A stretch of DNA of 64,000 nucleotides from Candidatus Nomurabacteria bacterium (GTDB taxonomy: Bacteria > Patescibacteriota > Minisyncoccia > Phycocordibacterales > UBA9973): the NCBI GenBank assembly GCA_023267195.1, contig JAHFNT010000002.1, positions 87,830 to 151,829 of the forward strand, given 5' to 3'. Within the stretch, counting starts at the first letter, position 1, and every line of letters begins with the position of its first letter. Both the position numbers and the translations under genes were made by a program. Of the stretch, positions 31,345 to 40,417 are shown one piece after another. The notes beneath the pieces were generated by a model, which searched no databases, was not told the origin of the DNA, and saw nothing but the letters and a program-made list of their open reading frames with translations.

Positions 31345-31348
31345 AAAA

Positions 31349-32128
31349 TTAATTTGTTTTTTCGCTCGTAATTGTTTTTAGAGCTTCATTAATAGTCCCA
31401 ATTGACGCAAAAGAAATATTTTCTCCTGAAAGGGCTATACCCAAAGCCTCGCCATCTAGATTGAGCACCAGCCCGCCCCCATTGCCCTTAGAAACATTTA
31501 AATCTAAACTTTTGTCTGCGTTAAGCCCTTCAAAAATAGAAGAAGAGATGGCACTGCCAAGTACCAAAATCTTCTGTCCAATTTTCATATTGTTTAAATC
31601 ACCGAAATCAGGAACAGTAAAGGCTGGCTTACTTTTTTCATCGAGCGGCGCGCCGATTTTCAAAAGGGAGAACCCCGCTTTATCTGTAGAAATAAAATCT
31701 GCTTTAAATTTTCCACTTCCGTTTTTTACGTAATAAACTCCTTTATCAAACACCAAACCCGCATCAACAGCAACAAGGCCATCTAGAGAAACTGCAAATC
31801 CCTTCCCTGCCGAAACTTCAACAACAGTTTGTAAATCTACATCTTGCACTTCTTTAGTCACAGAAAAAATGGACGATTGGTTTTTGGCGATAGCATCCAC
31901 GACCAAATCCTCTTCTTTCACGACCACCGTTTGCACTGTCGTCTTGCCTTCTACTTGCTGAATTTTTTCAACTGTTTGTTTGATAACTCGATTAACAGGA
32001 ACAGTAAAAGAATCCGGCGCCTGCTGCATCAGGGTGACTGTGGTAATACCAGTCGCTATAGAAGTGACAAAGCTAAGCAATACAGCCAGCAATATCAATT
32101 GTGATTTGTTTAAATCTTTAATATCCAT
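31349..32128 (-). CDS. Membrane-anchored trypsin/HtrA-like protein, catalytic residues apparently lost
   Basis: N-terminal [14 protein letters not shown]...[26 protein letters not shown]. Confidence 0.65.
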   Translation of the reverse strand: MDIKDLNKSQLILLAVLLSFVTSIATGITTVTLMQQAPDSFTVPVNRVIKQTVEKIQQVEGKTTVQTVVVKEEDLVVDAIAKNQSSIFSVTKEVQDVDLQTVVEVSAGKGFAVSLDGLVAVDAGLVFDKGVYYVKNGSGKFKADFISTDKAGFSLLKIGAPLDEKSKPAFTVPDFGDLNNMKIGQKILVLGSAISSSIFEGLNADKSLDLNVSKGNGGGLVLNLDGEALGIALSGENISFASIGTINEALKTITSEKTN

Positions 32129-32131
32129 CTA

Positions 32132-33295
32132 TCAATTGTACCACTTTTTTAGTTTTTGCAAAATTTTAGATAAAGCTTTTATGGTGTAATCAATGTCTTG
32201 TTTGGTTGTGTCCCGTCCCAAAGAAAAACGCAAGCCTCCGATTTCAGTATCTGTTTCCGGACGTATCGCTTGGATAACATATGAGCCCTCTCCTCGAGAA
32301 CTTTTACAAGCACTTTTGGCTGAAATCAAAATACCCTTTGAGGAAAGCTCAATCACTAAAAGATCGCTTGGAATTTTCGGAACAGTTATATTTACATTAT
32401 TAGGCAATCTTAATTTAGAATCACCGTTTAGAATAATTTTAAAAGGCATTTGCAAAAGTTTTGAAATAAAATAATTGCGAAGTTTCACCAAGCGTTTTAT
32501 TTCTTTTTCTTTAACTTTTTCCACATTCTCTAGCGCTTTGGCAAGTTCTACCGCCAAGGCGACATTTTCTGTACCTGGTCGCAAACCGAACTCTTGCTCT
32601 CCACCAAACATAATTTGGCTGATCGGCGTATTTTTCTTTATGTATAAAATACCTATCCCCTTCGGCCCATAAATTTTTGCTCCGTTCAAAGACATTAAAT
32701 CAACACCCAGCTTCTCAACTTTTACCGGCAAATAATTAACGGCTTGCACAGCATCAGTATGGAAAAAAATTTTTTGTTTATTTATTTTATTGAAATACCT
32801 TATCTCCTTGGCGATCTCTTGGAGAGGCTGGACCGTTCCTATTTCATTGTTTGCATATTGCACCGAAACTAGGACAGTGTTCTGCTTCAACATTTTCTTT
32901 ATTTTTCTCGGATCAACTATGCCAGCAGGTTCTACTTCTATATATGTCACCTCTACTTGCCTGGTCTTCTCCAAATATCTAAAAACTTCCAAGACAGAAG
33001 AGTGCTCGATGTTTGTTGTTATGATGTGTGGCTTTTTAAAATTTTTAACTAACCCTAAAATCGCCAAATTGTTACTCTCAGTTGCTCCGGAGGTAAAAAT
33101 AATTTCCCCGTTTCTCGCACCCAATATATTGGCGATAATTTTTCTCGCACTTTCTAATTTGTTTTTTTCTTTCAATCCAAATTCATGAATTGCTCCCGGG
33201 TTCGCAGACTGAAAGAGCGCGCTCCCGGCATAATCTAGGTATATTTTCTTGATTTTTCTTGCCCCGCCACGATGGGATGAATTTGATTTGACCAT
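32132..33295 (-). CDS. Cysteine desulfurase (IscS/NifS family)
   Basis: FTSGATESNN, ANNEIG, HTDAVQA, KIYGPKG, SAC. Confidence 0.92.
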   Translation of the reverse strand: MVKSNSSHRGGARKIKKIYLDYAGSALFQSANPGAIHEFGLKEKNKLESARKIIANILGARNGEIIFTSGATESNNLAILGLVKNFKKPHIITTNIEHSSVLEVFRYLEKTRQVEVTYIEVEPAGIVDPRKIKKMLKQNTVLVSVQYANNEIGTVQPLQEIAKEIRYFNKINKQKIFFHTDAVQAVNYLPVKVEKLGVDLMSLNGAKIYGPKGIGILYIKKNTPISQIMFGGEQEFGLRPGTENVALAVELAKALENVEKVKEKEIKRLVKLRNYFISKLLQMPFKIILNGDSKLRLPNNVNITVPKIPSDLLVIELSSKGILISAKSACKSSRGEGSYVIQAIRPETDTEIGGLRFSLGRDTTKQDIDYTIKALSKILQKLKKWYN

Positions 33296-33319
33296 AAAAA
33301 TAGTATATATTGAAAATGT

Positions 33320-33787
33320 ATGAATACAAATCTCGACAATGTTTTTTTCTGGGCTTTTTTTGTTTTCGCCTGCCTGGCCATATTAGTCGGCACTGTTTGG
33401 GCAGTTGTTACTGAAAAACGCTTAAAAAGATTTTTCCTAGGCAAAAAAGCTAAGGATCTCGAAGATACTATCACAATACTAGAAAATGAGATAGTTAAAT
33501 TAAATAAATCAAAAAATAATATTGAGAAAGAAATAGTTAATATAAATTCTAAGCTCAAGAAAAGCATCCGCGGCCTCGAGACCATACGCTTCAACCCGTT
33601 CCCCGACCAAGGTAGCAATCAAAGTTTTGCTATCGGAATGCTTAATGAAGAAGGTGATGGATTGGTAATGTCTAGCTTATATTCTCGCGAACGCATGAGT
33701 GTATTTGCTAAACCAATCAAAAAAGGGCAATCTACTTATGAATTAACAAGTGAAGAAAGGGAGGCTTTAGAGAAAGCAAAAGTGTAA
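33320..33787 (+). CDS. DUF4446-like membrane-anchored protein
   Basis: N-terminal TM, coiled coil, RFNPFPDQGSNQSF, YSRE, FAKPI, LTSEE. Confidence 0.75.
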   Translation: MNTNLDNVFFWAFFVFACLAILVGTVWAVVTEKRLKRFFLGKKAKDLEDTITILENEIVKLNKSKNNIEKEIVNINSKLKKSIRGLETIRFNPFPDQGSNQSFAIGMLNEEGDGLVMSSLYSRERMSVFAKPIKKGQSTYELTSEEREALEKAKV

Positions 33788-33790
33788 TAT

Positions 33791-35326
33791 ATGGAAAAAG
33801 ATGCAAAAAAATCAAGTGTGCAAATGCGCGCGCCCATAGTGGCGGTTATGGGACATATTGATCATGGGAAATCAACGCTTTTAGACTATATCCGAAAAAC
33901 AAATGTGGTGGAACGTGAAGCAGGAGGTATTACTCAATGCATTTCCGCTTACGAGGTTTTGCATAAAGACGAAAAAGGTATTGAGCAAAAAATAACTTTT
34001 CTTGACACTCCAGGACATGAAGCATTTTCTAAAATGAGAGAGCGTGGAGCTGAAATAGCTGATATCGCCATTTTGGTTGTTTCAGCGTCCGAGGGAGTAA
34101 AACCCCAAACCATTGAAGCGTGGAAAACCATTGCCGAATCTAAAATCCCCTGCATTGTGGCGATAAATAAAATAGACACCCCGGGCGCCAATATTGAAAA
34201 GACAAAACAAGAATTAGCGGAGCATGAAATTTATTTAGAAAATTATGGAGGCAAAATCCCCTACGCCGAGATTTCTGCCAAAGTCGGCACTGGAGTGGAT
34301 AATTTATTGTCGCTCATTTTGATTTTGGCGGAGATGGAAAATTTCACAGGAAATCAAGCAGAAAATGCAACTGGCTTCGTCATTGAAGTAAATCTAGATT
34401 CAAAGAGGGGTATCTTAGCGACCTTGATCATAAAAAATGGTTCAATAAGAAAAGGAATGACTGTGGCGGTAGAAGATAGTATTTGCTCTACAAGAATTAT
34501 AGAAAATTTCAAGGGAGAAACAATAGATTCCGCCACTTTCTCTTCGCCCATACGCATTATGGGTTTTAATAAAATGCCTAGAGTTGGAGCAAAGTTTGTA
34601 TCCTTTTTGAAAAAGTCAGAGGCTGAAAAATACGCAGAAAATTGGCAAAATGAAAAAAATCTCGTAAAAAATAGAAAAATAGAAAGCAAAGAACAAAGTG
34701 AAACAAATAAAAAAGTAATACCAGTGGTATTAAAAGCAGATGTCTCTGGCTCAATCGAAGCCATTGAAAAAGAAATAAATAAAATAAAAAATAAACCGGG
34801 GCTCGAAAATGTGGAACTCAGAATTGTCGGCAGAGGCATAGGGCCCATTTCTGAATCAGATATGAAAGGCATATCTTCAGGTGAAGACGCACTGGTCATA
34901 GGATTCAATGTAAAAGCTGATCGTACTGCCATGGAAATTGCGGAAAAAAGAGGTATCGTAATTTCCTTTTTTGACATCATTTACAAAATGACGGAATGGT
35001 TAGAAAAACAGATGGAAGAAAAAAGGCCGAAAATTGAAACAATCGAAACAACTGGCCGAGCCAAAATTATTCGAGCCTTCAGTCGGACCAAAGAACGCCA
35101 GATAATCGGGGGTAAGGTAGTGGAAGGAAAAATCAGCCTAAACAGCACTGTCAGAATAATGCGCCGAGATTTTGAAATTGGGCGGGGTAAAATTGTAAAT
35201 CTAGAAAAAAGCAAAGTGAAAGCAAGCGAGGTAGGAGAAGGCGCCGAGTTTGGGATGATGCTTGAATCTAAAATAGAAATAGTGGCCGGAGATATCATAG
35301 AATCATTCGCGATAATACAAAAATAA
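33791..35326 (+). CDS. infB: Translation initiation factor IF-2 (no N-terminal domain)
   Basis: GHIDHGKST, EAGGITQ, DTPGHEAF, NKID, KADVSGSIEA. Confidence 0.97.
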   Translation: MEKDAKKSSVQMRAPIVAVMGHIDHGKSTLLDYIRKTNVVEREAGGITQCISAYEVLHKDEKGIEQKITFLDTPGHEAFSKMRERGAEIADIAILVVSASEGVKPQTIEAWKTIAESKIPCIVAINKIDTPGANIEKTKQELAEHEIYLENYGGKIPYAEISAKVGTGVDNLLSLILILAEMENFTGNQAENATGFVIEVNLDSKRGILATLIIKNGSIRKGMTVAVEDSICSTRIIENFKGETIDSATFSSPIRIMGFNKMPRVGAKFVSFLKKSEAEKYAENWQNEKNLVKNRKIESKEQSETNKKVIPVVLKADVSGSIEAIEKEINKIKNKPGLENVELRIVGRGIGPISESDMKGISSGEDALVIGFNVKADRTAMEIAEKRGIVISFFDIIYKMTEWLEKQMEEKRPKIETIETTGRAKIIRAFSRTKERQIIGGKVVEGKISLNSTVRIMRRDFEIGRGKIVNLEKSKVKASEVGEGAEFGMMLESKIEIVAGDIIESFAIIQK

Positions 35327-35327
35327 T

Positions 35328-35363
35328 ACCCCCTCCAAACCTCCCCCTTCGCAGGGGGAGAAG
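35328..35363. repeat. Family A palindromic element between infB and rbfA
   Basis: accccctccaaacctcccccttcgcagggggagaag. Confidence 0.75.
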
Positions 35364-35374
35364 GAATAAAAAAC

Positions 35375-35695
35375 ATGAACCGAAATGAAAAAGTAGCTGG
35401 AGAGATCAAAGAGCTGGCGGCACAATTTTTAGAACGTGAGAATGATCGAACTTCACTCATCACTATAATTTCCGCCAATGTTTCCCCGGACCTAAAAAGG
35501 GGAACACTGTTCATCACCGTACTTCCAACAGAAAAAGAGACGAGCGCGCTCAACTTTGTGAGAAGGCAACTTGGAGATTTTAGAAAATATTTGAAAAACA
35601 ATCTGCAGATAAAGACAATCCCCTTCCTTGATGTGGCTATAGATCTAGGTGAAAAAAATAGACAAAAAATTGACGAATTGCTCAGAGAAAAGTAA
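35375..35695 (+). CDS. rbfA: Ribosome-binding factor A
   Basis: RNEKVA, VSPDLK, IPFLD; directly after infB. Confidence 0.88.
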   Translation: MNRNEKVAGEIKELAAQFLERENDRTSLITIISANVSPDLKRGTLFITVLPTEKETSALNFVRRQLGDFRKYLKNNLQIKTIPFLDVAIDLGEKNRQKIDELLREK

Positions 35696-35706
35696 TATGG
35701 CAAGAT

Positions 35707-35778
35707 GGCCTGGTAGCCAAGTGGTAAGGCATTCCTCTGCAAAAGGAATATACGGCGGTTCAATTCCGCCCCAGGCCT
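35707..35778 (+). tRNA. tRNA-Cys (GCA)
   Basis: ggcctgg/ccaggcc, ttcct-ctGCAaa-aggaa, U discriminator. Confidence 0.95.
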
Positions 35779-35897
35779 CAAAAAATTAAACAGTTTTAAT
35801 TTTTTGCTGGTTCGCAGCAAGCGAAATTGCCGATGTGAGACGAAATCGAGCAGGCAATAAGAAAAGAGATATGTTAAAATATTTTAGGATATAATTT

Positions 35898-35979
35898 GCC
35901 CGAGTGGCGGAACTGGTATACGCGCACGACTTAAAATCGTGTCTCGCAAGGGATGTGGGTTCGATTCCCACCTCGGGCA
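35898..35979 (+). tRNA. tRNA-Leu (TAA)
   Basis: gcccgag/ctcgggc, cacga-ctTAAaa-tcgtg, long variable arm. Confidence 0.96.
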
Positions 35980-36010
35980 CTGGGAATCTTTAAAAATTAA
36001 ATATAAATTT

Positions 36011-36083
36011 GCGTCCATAGCTCAGCTGGTAGAGCAGATCCCTCTTAAGGATAAGGTCGGAGGTTCGATCCCTCCTGGACGCA
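36011..36083 (+). tRNA. tRNA-Lys (CTT)
   Basis: gcgtcca/tggacgc, atcc-ctCTTaa-ggat. Confidence 0.95.
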
Positions 36084-36111
36084 CAGGGCAAAAATAAAGT
36101 AGTTTATTTTT

Positions 36112-36196
36112 GCCGGGGTGGCGAAATTGGCAGACGCACTTGCCTTAGGAGCAAGCGGAGTGATCCATGGGAGTTCAAGTCTCCCCCCCGGCACCA
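36112..36196 (+). tRNA. tRNA-Leu (TAG)
   Basis: gccgggg/ccccggc, cttgc-ctTAGga-gcaag, encoded CCA. Confidence 0.96.
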
Positions 36197-36197
36197 C

Positions 36198-36226
36198 TTG
36201 ACTTTTACTCTTGAATATGCTATACT
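36198..36226 (+). promoter_or_regulatory. Sigma70 promoter, probably leaderless
   Basis: TTGACT-17-TATACT with TGc extension; ATG 6 nt downstream. Confidence 0.75.
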
Positions 36227-36232
36227 ATACCT

Positions 36233-37060
36233 ATGAGTAAAATAAATAAAAAATCAATGAGTTTCGGCTTGAAAATATTGACTATTTTAGCTTTCTGCCT
36301 CCTTTTTGTACCTTTTGAAAAAGCGGCAGCATCCTATGGTACCAATATCACTTACAATGTAGGTGGTGGAAGCTATTTCGGCAGAACGCCCATAGATCAG
36401 CCGGTAGAAATAGAAAATAACCCGGTTCCGGGTGTCAGATCTATCAACCCAAGATCTGCCGACAGATATACAGGCGGAAAAACTATTACCATCACTGGAA
36501 GCAATTTCGTACCTGGTTCAGTAGCTAGATTGAACGGCTCAAATCGCCCCACAACCTTTATTGATTATTCTCATCTGTTGATTCAATTAAGCGCAAGCGA
36601 CATGAATCGTGCCGATGGTTTTTACATCACGGTCTTCAATGGTCTGCCTGGTGGTGGGTATTCTAATGCGGCTTTCTTCACTATCAAAAATGTCTCTCCT
36701 GCTTCCACTAACACAAGCAATAGCAATAACAACTTCAACAACAACTCCAGTGGCTATGATTATTCTGCCAATAGCAACTTTAACAACGCAAATAATACAG
36801 CCAACTGGAATACCAACACCTACGATGCTTATTCCAACACAACCAACACCACTACGGAAATAAACAGAACAAATGATACCACAGGAAACAGCTACAGCAA
36901 TTTAGCCTCGAATGCAATCTTTGGATCAAACACTTTCTTACCTTCTGGATTGGTGCAATGGGTATTGCTCGCAATAATCATCCTAATCATTGTGATCTTG
37001 GCAAGGAAAATATTCGGCGGAGAAAAGAGTTATCACGAAACACCGCTGAAACACGCGTAA
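36233..37060 (+). CDS. Surface protein with IPT/TIG-like Ig domain, Asn/Thr-rich stalk and C-terminal TM anchor
   Basis: Signal peptide, NPVP...ITITGSNFVPGS...VFNGLPGGGYSN, Asn-rich tract, C-terminal TM. Confidence 0.7.
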   Translation: MSKINKKSMSFGLKILTILAFCLLFVPFEKAAASYGTNITYNVGGGSYFGRTPIDQPVEIENNPVPGVRSINPRSADRYTGGKTITITGSNFVPGSVARLNGSNRPTTFIDYSHLLIQLSASDMNRADGFYITVFNGLPGGGYSNAAFFTIKNVSPASTNTSNSNNNFNNNSSGYDYSANSNFNNANNTANWNTNTYDAYSNTTNTTTEINRTNDTTGNSYSNLASNAIFGSNTFLPSGLVQWVLLAIIILIIVILARKIFGGEKSYHETPLKHA

Positions 37061-37071
37061 AAAAGCTTCAA

Positions 37072-37116
37072 AATAACGAAAAAGTCAGCCTCAATAGGGT
37101 TGACTTTTTCGTTATT
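37072..37116 (+). terminator. Terminator overlapping the next -35 element
   Basis: aataacgaaaaagtcagcc...ggttgactttttcgttatt. Confidence 0.75.
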
Positions 37117-37128
37117 GTATGATACAAT
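37100..37128 (+). promoter_or_regulatory. Sigma70 promoter for the GC-rich islet
   Basis: TTGACT-17-TACAAT with TGa extension. Confidence 0.75.
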
Positions 37129-37189
37129 ATCGGAGTATTCTAGTACTTTGAAAATAAGAAATAAAAACATTGAGGTAAGACCTCAGTGT

Positions 37190-37307
37190 TGAATAGTTGG
37201 CTCGCCAAGAAATGAAACAACCTCTCCGGCCTTCGGCCACCCTCTCCTGGCCAGGAGAGGGCCAGGGTGAGGTAGTCAAATTTATTTTTTAGCGAGCGAA
37301 CTATTCA
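37190..37307. repeat. Family A element (37220-37273) enclosed by 27-bp imperfect inverted arms
   Basis: Arms 37190-37216 and 37281-37307 match at 23/27; inner acctctccggccttcggccaccctctcctggccaggagagggccagggtgaggt. Confidence 0.75.
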
Positions 37308-37385
37308 CGAAGTTTCAGTATTCACCAATCTCACAACCCGCGCCCGCGGGCGCACAACAGCGCCAACGGCGCAGGAGAAAAGAAA

Positions 37386-38243
37386 ATGAACGGAAATCTG
37401 GCACCACGCACAGAAACATCGGGGGGGCTGCTTATAAAACTGATCGGGCTAGGCCTGATCGGTGGGATCTTCTTCCATTGGCTCCTCCAGTTCTGGGGTG
37501 TGGTAATCTTCTTCGTGGTCCTCGCAATCACGACAGAATACTACACTGAGACGGTAGCTGGATACCGGGCCCACATCCTGCTTGACCAGTGGAAGGGCAC
37601 CCAGCGAACGGTCTTTCAGGGCTGGTGGTTCAAACTTCCTTGGGAAACTCTTACTCAGGACATCGATCTAAAGGGTGAACTCAAGGAAGTGCTCACTGAA
37701 ACCTACAGTTCTAGGGACGGATCGATGGATGTCAAGTATGTCTATACGATTCGCCCCGACTTTTTCGGTCCAGATGGAGGTGAGAAGATCATCTTGTATG
37801 CGTCCTTTGAAACGGACGTGATCAAGATGAAGGGCCGGGCCTGCGCCAGCCAGGCGCTGTCCGACTACTTCGGTACGAAACCGACCGAAGAGCTTCTCGA
37901 CAAGCACAAGATCGAAGAGGAAGCTCTTAAGTCTGGGTCGAAGGGGAAACTGAAGCTCGAAGAGTTCGAGAAACACTATGGAGCGAGGATCGAGATCACC
38001 CTCGAAGACAGCGATCGGGACAAGGCGACACAGGCTGCCCGTGACACTGTCTCGAAGGCGAAGTCGATCGCCGAGGCGAAGGCCGCGCTCGTGGCAACTG
38101 GTATGGATCCAGCAGTTGCAGACAAGACTGTAAGGATGCTCAACATCCCTGGTATCCAGGAGTACATCGTGAATCTGGATGCCAAGGGGCTTGAGAACCT
38201 AACCAGTGTGGTCATCGGCGGAGGACTCGGGGTGAAGAAATGA
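37386..38243 (+). CDS. SPFH/band-7-like membrane protein (GC-rich)
   Basis: N-terminal TMs, GWWFKLPWET, YGARIEITLED, Ala-rich helical segment; family call is moderate. Confidence 0.55.
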   Translation: MNGNLAPRTETSGGLLIKLIGLGLIGGIFFHWLLQFWGVVIFFVVLAITTEYYTETVAGYRAHILLDQWKGTQRTVFQGWWFKLPWETLTQDIDLKGELKEVLTETYSSRDGSMDVKYVYTIRPDFFGPDGGEKIILYASFETDVIKMKGRACASQALSDYFGTKPTEELLDKHKIEEEALKSGSKGKLKLEEFEKHYGARIEITLEDSDRDKATQAARDTVSKAKSIAEAKAALVATGMDPAVADKTVRMLNIPGIQEYIVNLDAKGLENLTSVVIGGGLGVKK

Positions 38244-38662
38244 GCCATGATTCTTCTTCCCCCAACACTCCCCCTAGGGGACCTGCAGTCATCAGTGGGG
38301 TCTTCTTGTTGATCGCATTGATCTTGTCGGTAAGGGAATACAGGGCACAGAGGGCAACGCCCGACCCCACTCCGATCCCCACGCCGGCCCCCCACTACCA
38401 GCCCGCGCCGGCAGTTCCGACCCAGGCAAGGAGGCTCTACCTCTTTGCTGACTACCCGAACGGCGTCATCACGGTAGATGTACACATCGGGGAGGTGGAC
38501 TTCTACCCCAAAGGCGGAGAGGTGTTGATCACCCCTCCGCCCCCACTCAAGCCGTGGAAGGACAAGCCCGGAACGATCAACCCTCGCAGGAAGTTCATCC
38601 CGGGTAAATACAACATCCAAAAGTCAGATCCTGATGCCATCGGCATCGAGGTCTGGAACTAA
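38240..38662 (+). CDS. Membrane-anchored Pro-rich hypothetical protein (GC-rich)
   Basis: ATGA overlap with upstream stop, one TM, TPDPTPIPTPAP linker. Confidence 0.55.
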   Translation: MSHDSSSPNTPPRGPAVISGVFLLIALILSVREYRAQRATPDPTPIPTPAPHYQPAPAVPTQARRLYLFADYPNGVITVDVHIGEVDFYPKGGEVLITPPPPLKPWKDKPGTINPRRKFIPGKYNIQKSDPDAIGIEVWN

Positions 38663-38712
38663 CAACTGTTCTTCGGCCACACATCGCGCCTGGCCAGCGT
38701 ACGCATCGAATC

Positions 38713-38750
38713 GAAAAGGGCGGACAGGTTTTGAAACCTACCGCCCTTTC
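38713..38750. terminator. Hairpin between convergent genes
   Basis: gaaaagggcgg-acaggttttgaaaccta-ccgccctttc. Confidence 0.6.
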
Positions 38751-38777
38751 TCAATTTCTACCCAAATTTTTTTCTTA

Positions 38778-39104
38778 CTAGCTAGGCTCAGGTAAATCCA
38801 CTGTTCCCTTTTCTGGATCTATTTGACTCTTGGGTATACCTAGTGTATTCAGAAGAATGCTGAGAATAGTCCAAACTCCCATCATTATGGTGATCCCTAT
38901 CACCCCCCAAAGCATATGGCTCTTCGCGGTTGTTTTTTTCTCTTCGTTTTCTTGATTCAAAAAGAACTGAAGAACGCCATAGAGAAAATAAAGTATCGCT
39001 AAAGCAAAAAGGAAAAGAATGAGTGGATTTATAATCACAGTATCAACTTTTGCTATAAAAGAATCCAAGCTAGCGTAAGCTATTTTTGTAGAAAATAAAT
39101 CCAT
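38778..39104 (-). CDS. TrbC/VirB2-like pilin
   Basis: TM-NQENEEKKTTAK-MLWGVIG...GVW-TM pattern. Confidence 0.7.
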   Translation of the reverse strand: MDLFSTKIAYASLDSFIAKVDTVIINPLILFLFALAILYFLYGVLQFFLNQENEEKKTTAKSHMLWGVIGITIMMGVWTILSILLNTLGIPKSQIDPEKGTVDLPEPS

Positions 39105-39109
39105 GTTTA

Positions 39110-39484
39110 TTAATACTGAACAGTTGGAAGATTTACATTCTGGACATTACCAACACCAAACGAGTCCAATAGAAGATTTACTAGACCCCAGACACCCACG
39201 ATAACCGCAAGACCGACTATACCGTAGATCATCACGCTTCTAGCGCTAGATTTCTTCTCTTCATCACCGGCAATAACATAGGAGATAACTCCCCAGATGA
39301 AGTAGAGTACTGCCAAAACGATGACTATTGGAATAGCAGCATTCAAAAAATCTCCTACTTTACAAAGCACATTCTGGATCGTTCCAGAATTAGTATTCAG
39401 GTCACAAAAAGCCTGAGTCTGTGCAAACGCAACGACCGGTAAACTCAAAACCAAACCTGACAATACCATTAATTTCTTTTTCAT
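39110..39484 (-). CDS. TrbC/VirB2-like pilin
   Basis: Signal ending VAFAQ, Cys pair, FIWG...AGDEEKK...YGIVGLAVIVGVWG. Confidence 0.75.
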   Translation of the reverse strand: MKKKLMVLSGLVLSLPVVAFAQTQAFCDLNTNSGTIQNVLCKVGDFLNAAIPIVIVLAVLYFIWGVISYVIAGDEEKKSSARSVMIYGIVGLAVIVGVWGLVNLLLDSFGVGNVQNVNLPTVQY

Positions 39485-39601
39485 AATTTATTTACCCCGC
39501 CTAGCGGGGCAAGCTAACAATAATTAATAATAAATGCGACCTATAATAATAAACTAATAATGTCCTCTAATTATAACCCTTAATAAAATTACAAGCAAAT
39601 A

Positions 39602-40411
39602 CTAATTCCCACTACACCCTGGATAATTGCCACAATAGTCTGGATCGGAAGGATCAAGAGAACAACTATTGCAGATATTGCCACCGCCTGTACCGCCTCC
39701 TCCCCCGCCAGTGGTAGTGGAAGAACTTGGAGGTGTAACTTGGGGCAGGATGGAAGTGTTGTTGATGCCGAAGGTAGCGCGCAGTATTCCTACCAATCCC
39801 CAAACAGACAGCATCACCGCGAAAGCTATAACTCCCCAGATCATGAATTGCTTGCCTTCGGATCTCTTCTCCTCTTCTCCGCCATTGATCAGAAAAAATT
39901 TTACTGTTCCCCAGATAAACATAACGAAAGCTATGGCAAAGAGAAGCGGAACTATAGAATCATTAATAATACTAGTTAGGTAACATAGAACATCCTGAAA
40001 CGTGGAAGAGCTGGTTATCCCAGAACAAGCGCTACTTGTCACTATGGGTTGAAGCTGAGGAGCAGTGGCTCCACCCAAATCAAAAGTATTAATTAAAATT
40101 TCAACAATCCCCCAGATACCGACGATGACAGTAAGACCGATAACCCCGAAAACCATTGTATCCCTGCCTTTTGTCTTGGCTTCTTCATCTCCACCGATGA
40201 CATATCGGATGACACCCCAAATGAAATAAGCGAGACCAAGGGCCACCAAGACAGGCACTACGGCCTTCAAGAGCTCCCCGATCTGACAGATTACCTTCCC
40301 TAGACCCGTCAAGGCATCACACGGCCCAGCCGCCCAAGCAATAAAAGGAAACAAAAAGAGCACAGGTATAATGAAACGAAACCTAGAAACAAATTTAAAT
40401 AAATTTTTCAT
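39602..40411 (-). CDS. Tandem double TrbC/VirB2-like pilin with Gly/Thr linker and 4-Cys tail
   Basis: Two FIWG...GxEE...G...GVIx...WG repeats; ends ICNSC...YC...PGC. Confidence 0.75.
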   Translation of the reverse strand: MKNLFKFVSRFRFIIPVLFLFPFIAWAAGPCDALTGLGKVICQIGELLKAVVPVLVALGLAYFIWGVIRYVIGGDEEAKTKGRDTMVFGVIGLTVIVGIWGIVEILINTFDLGGATAPQLQPIVTSSACSGITSSSTFQDVLCYLTSIINDSIVPLLFAIAFVMFIWGTVKFFLINGGEEEKRSEGKQFMIWGVIAFAVMLSVWGLVGILRATFGINNTSILPQVTPPSSSTTTGGGGGGTGGGNICNSCSLDPSDPDYCGNYPGCSGN

Positions 40412-40417
40412 AAATTT

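Noticed and set aside
33261-33279. gccccgccacgatgggatg in the cysteine desulfurase N-terminus, loosely similar to ccccgcctagcgggg at 39495-39509
   Set aside because: Degenerate and short; possible extra repeat family but not supportable from two weak copies
36700-36900. AAC/AAT-rich tract
   Set aside because: Simply encodes the Asn/Thr-rich stalk; no reverse transcriptase or template/variable repeat pair to suggest a DGR
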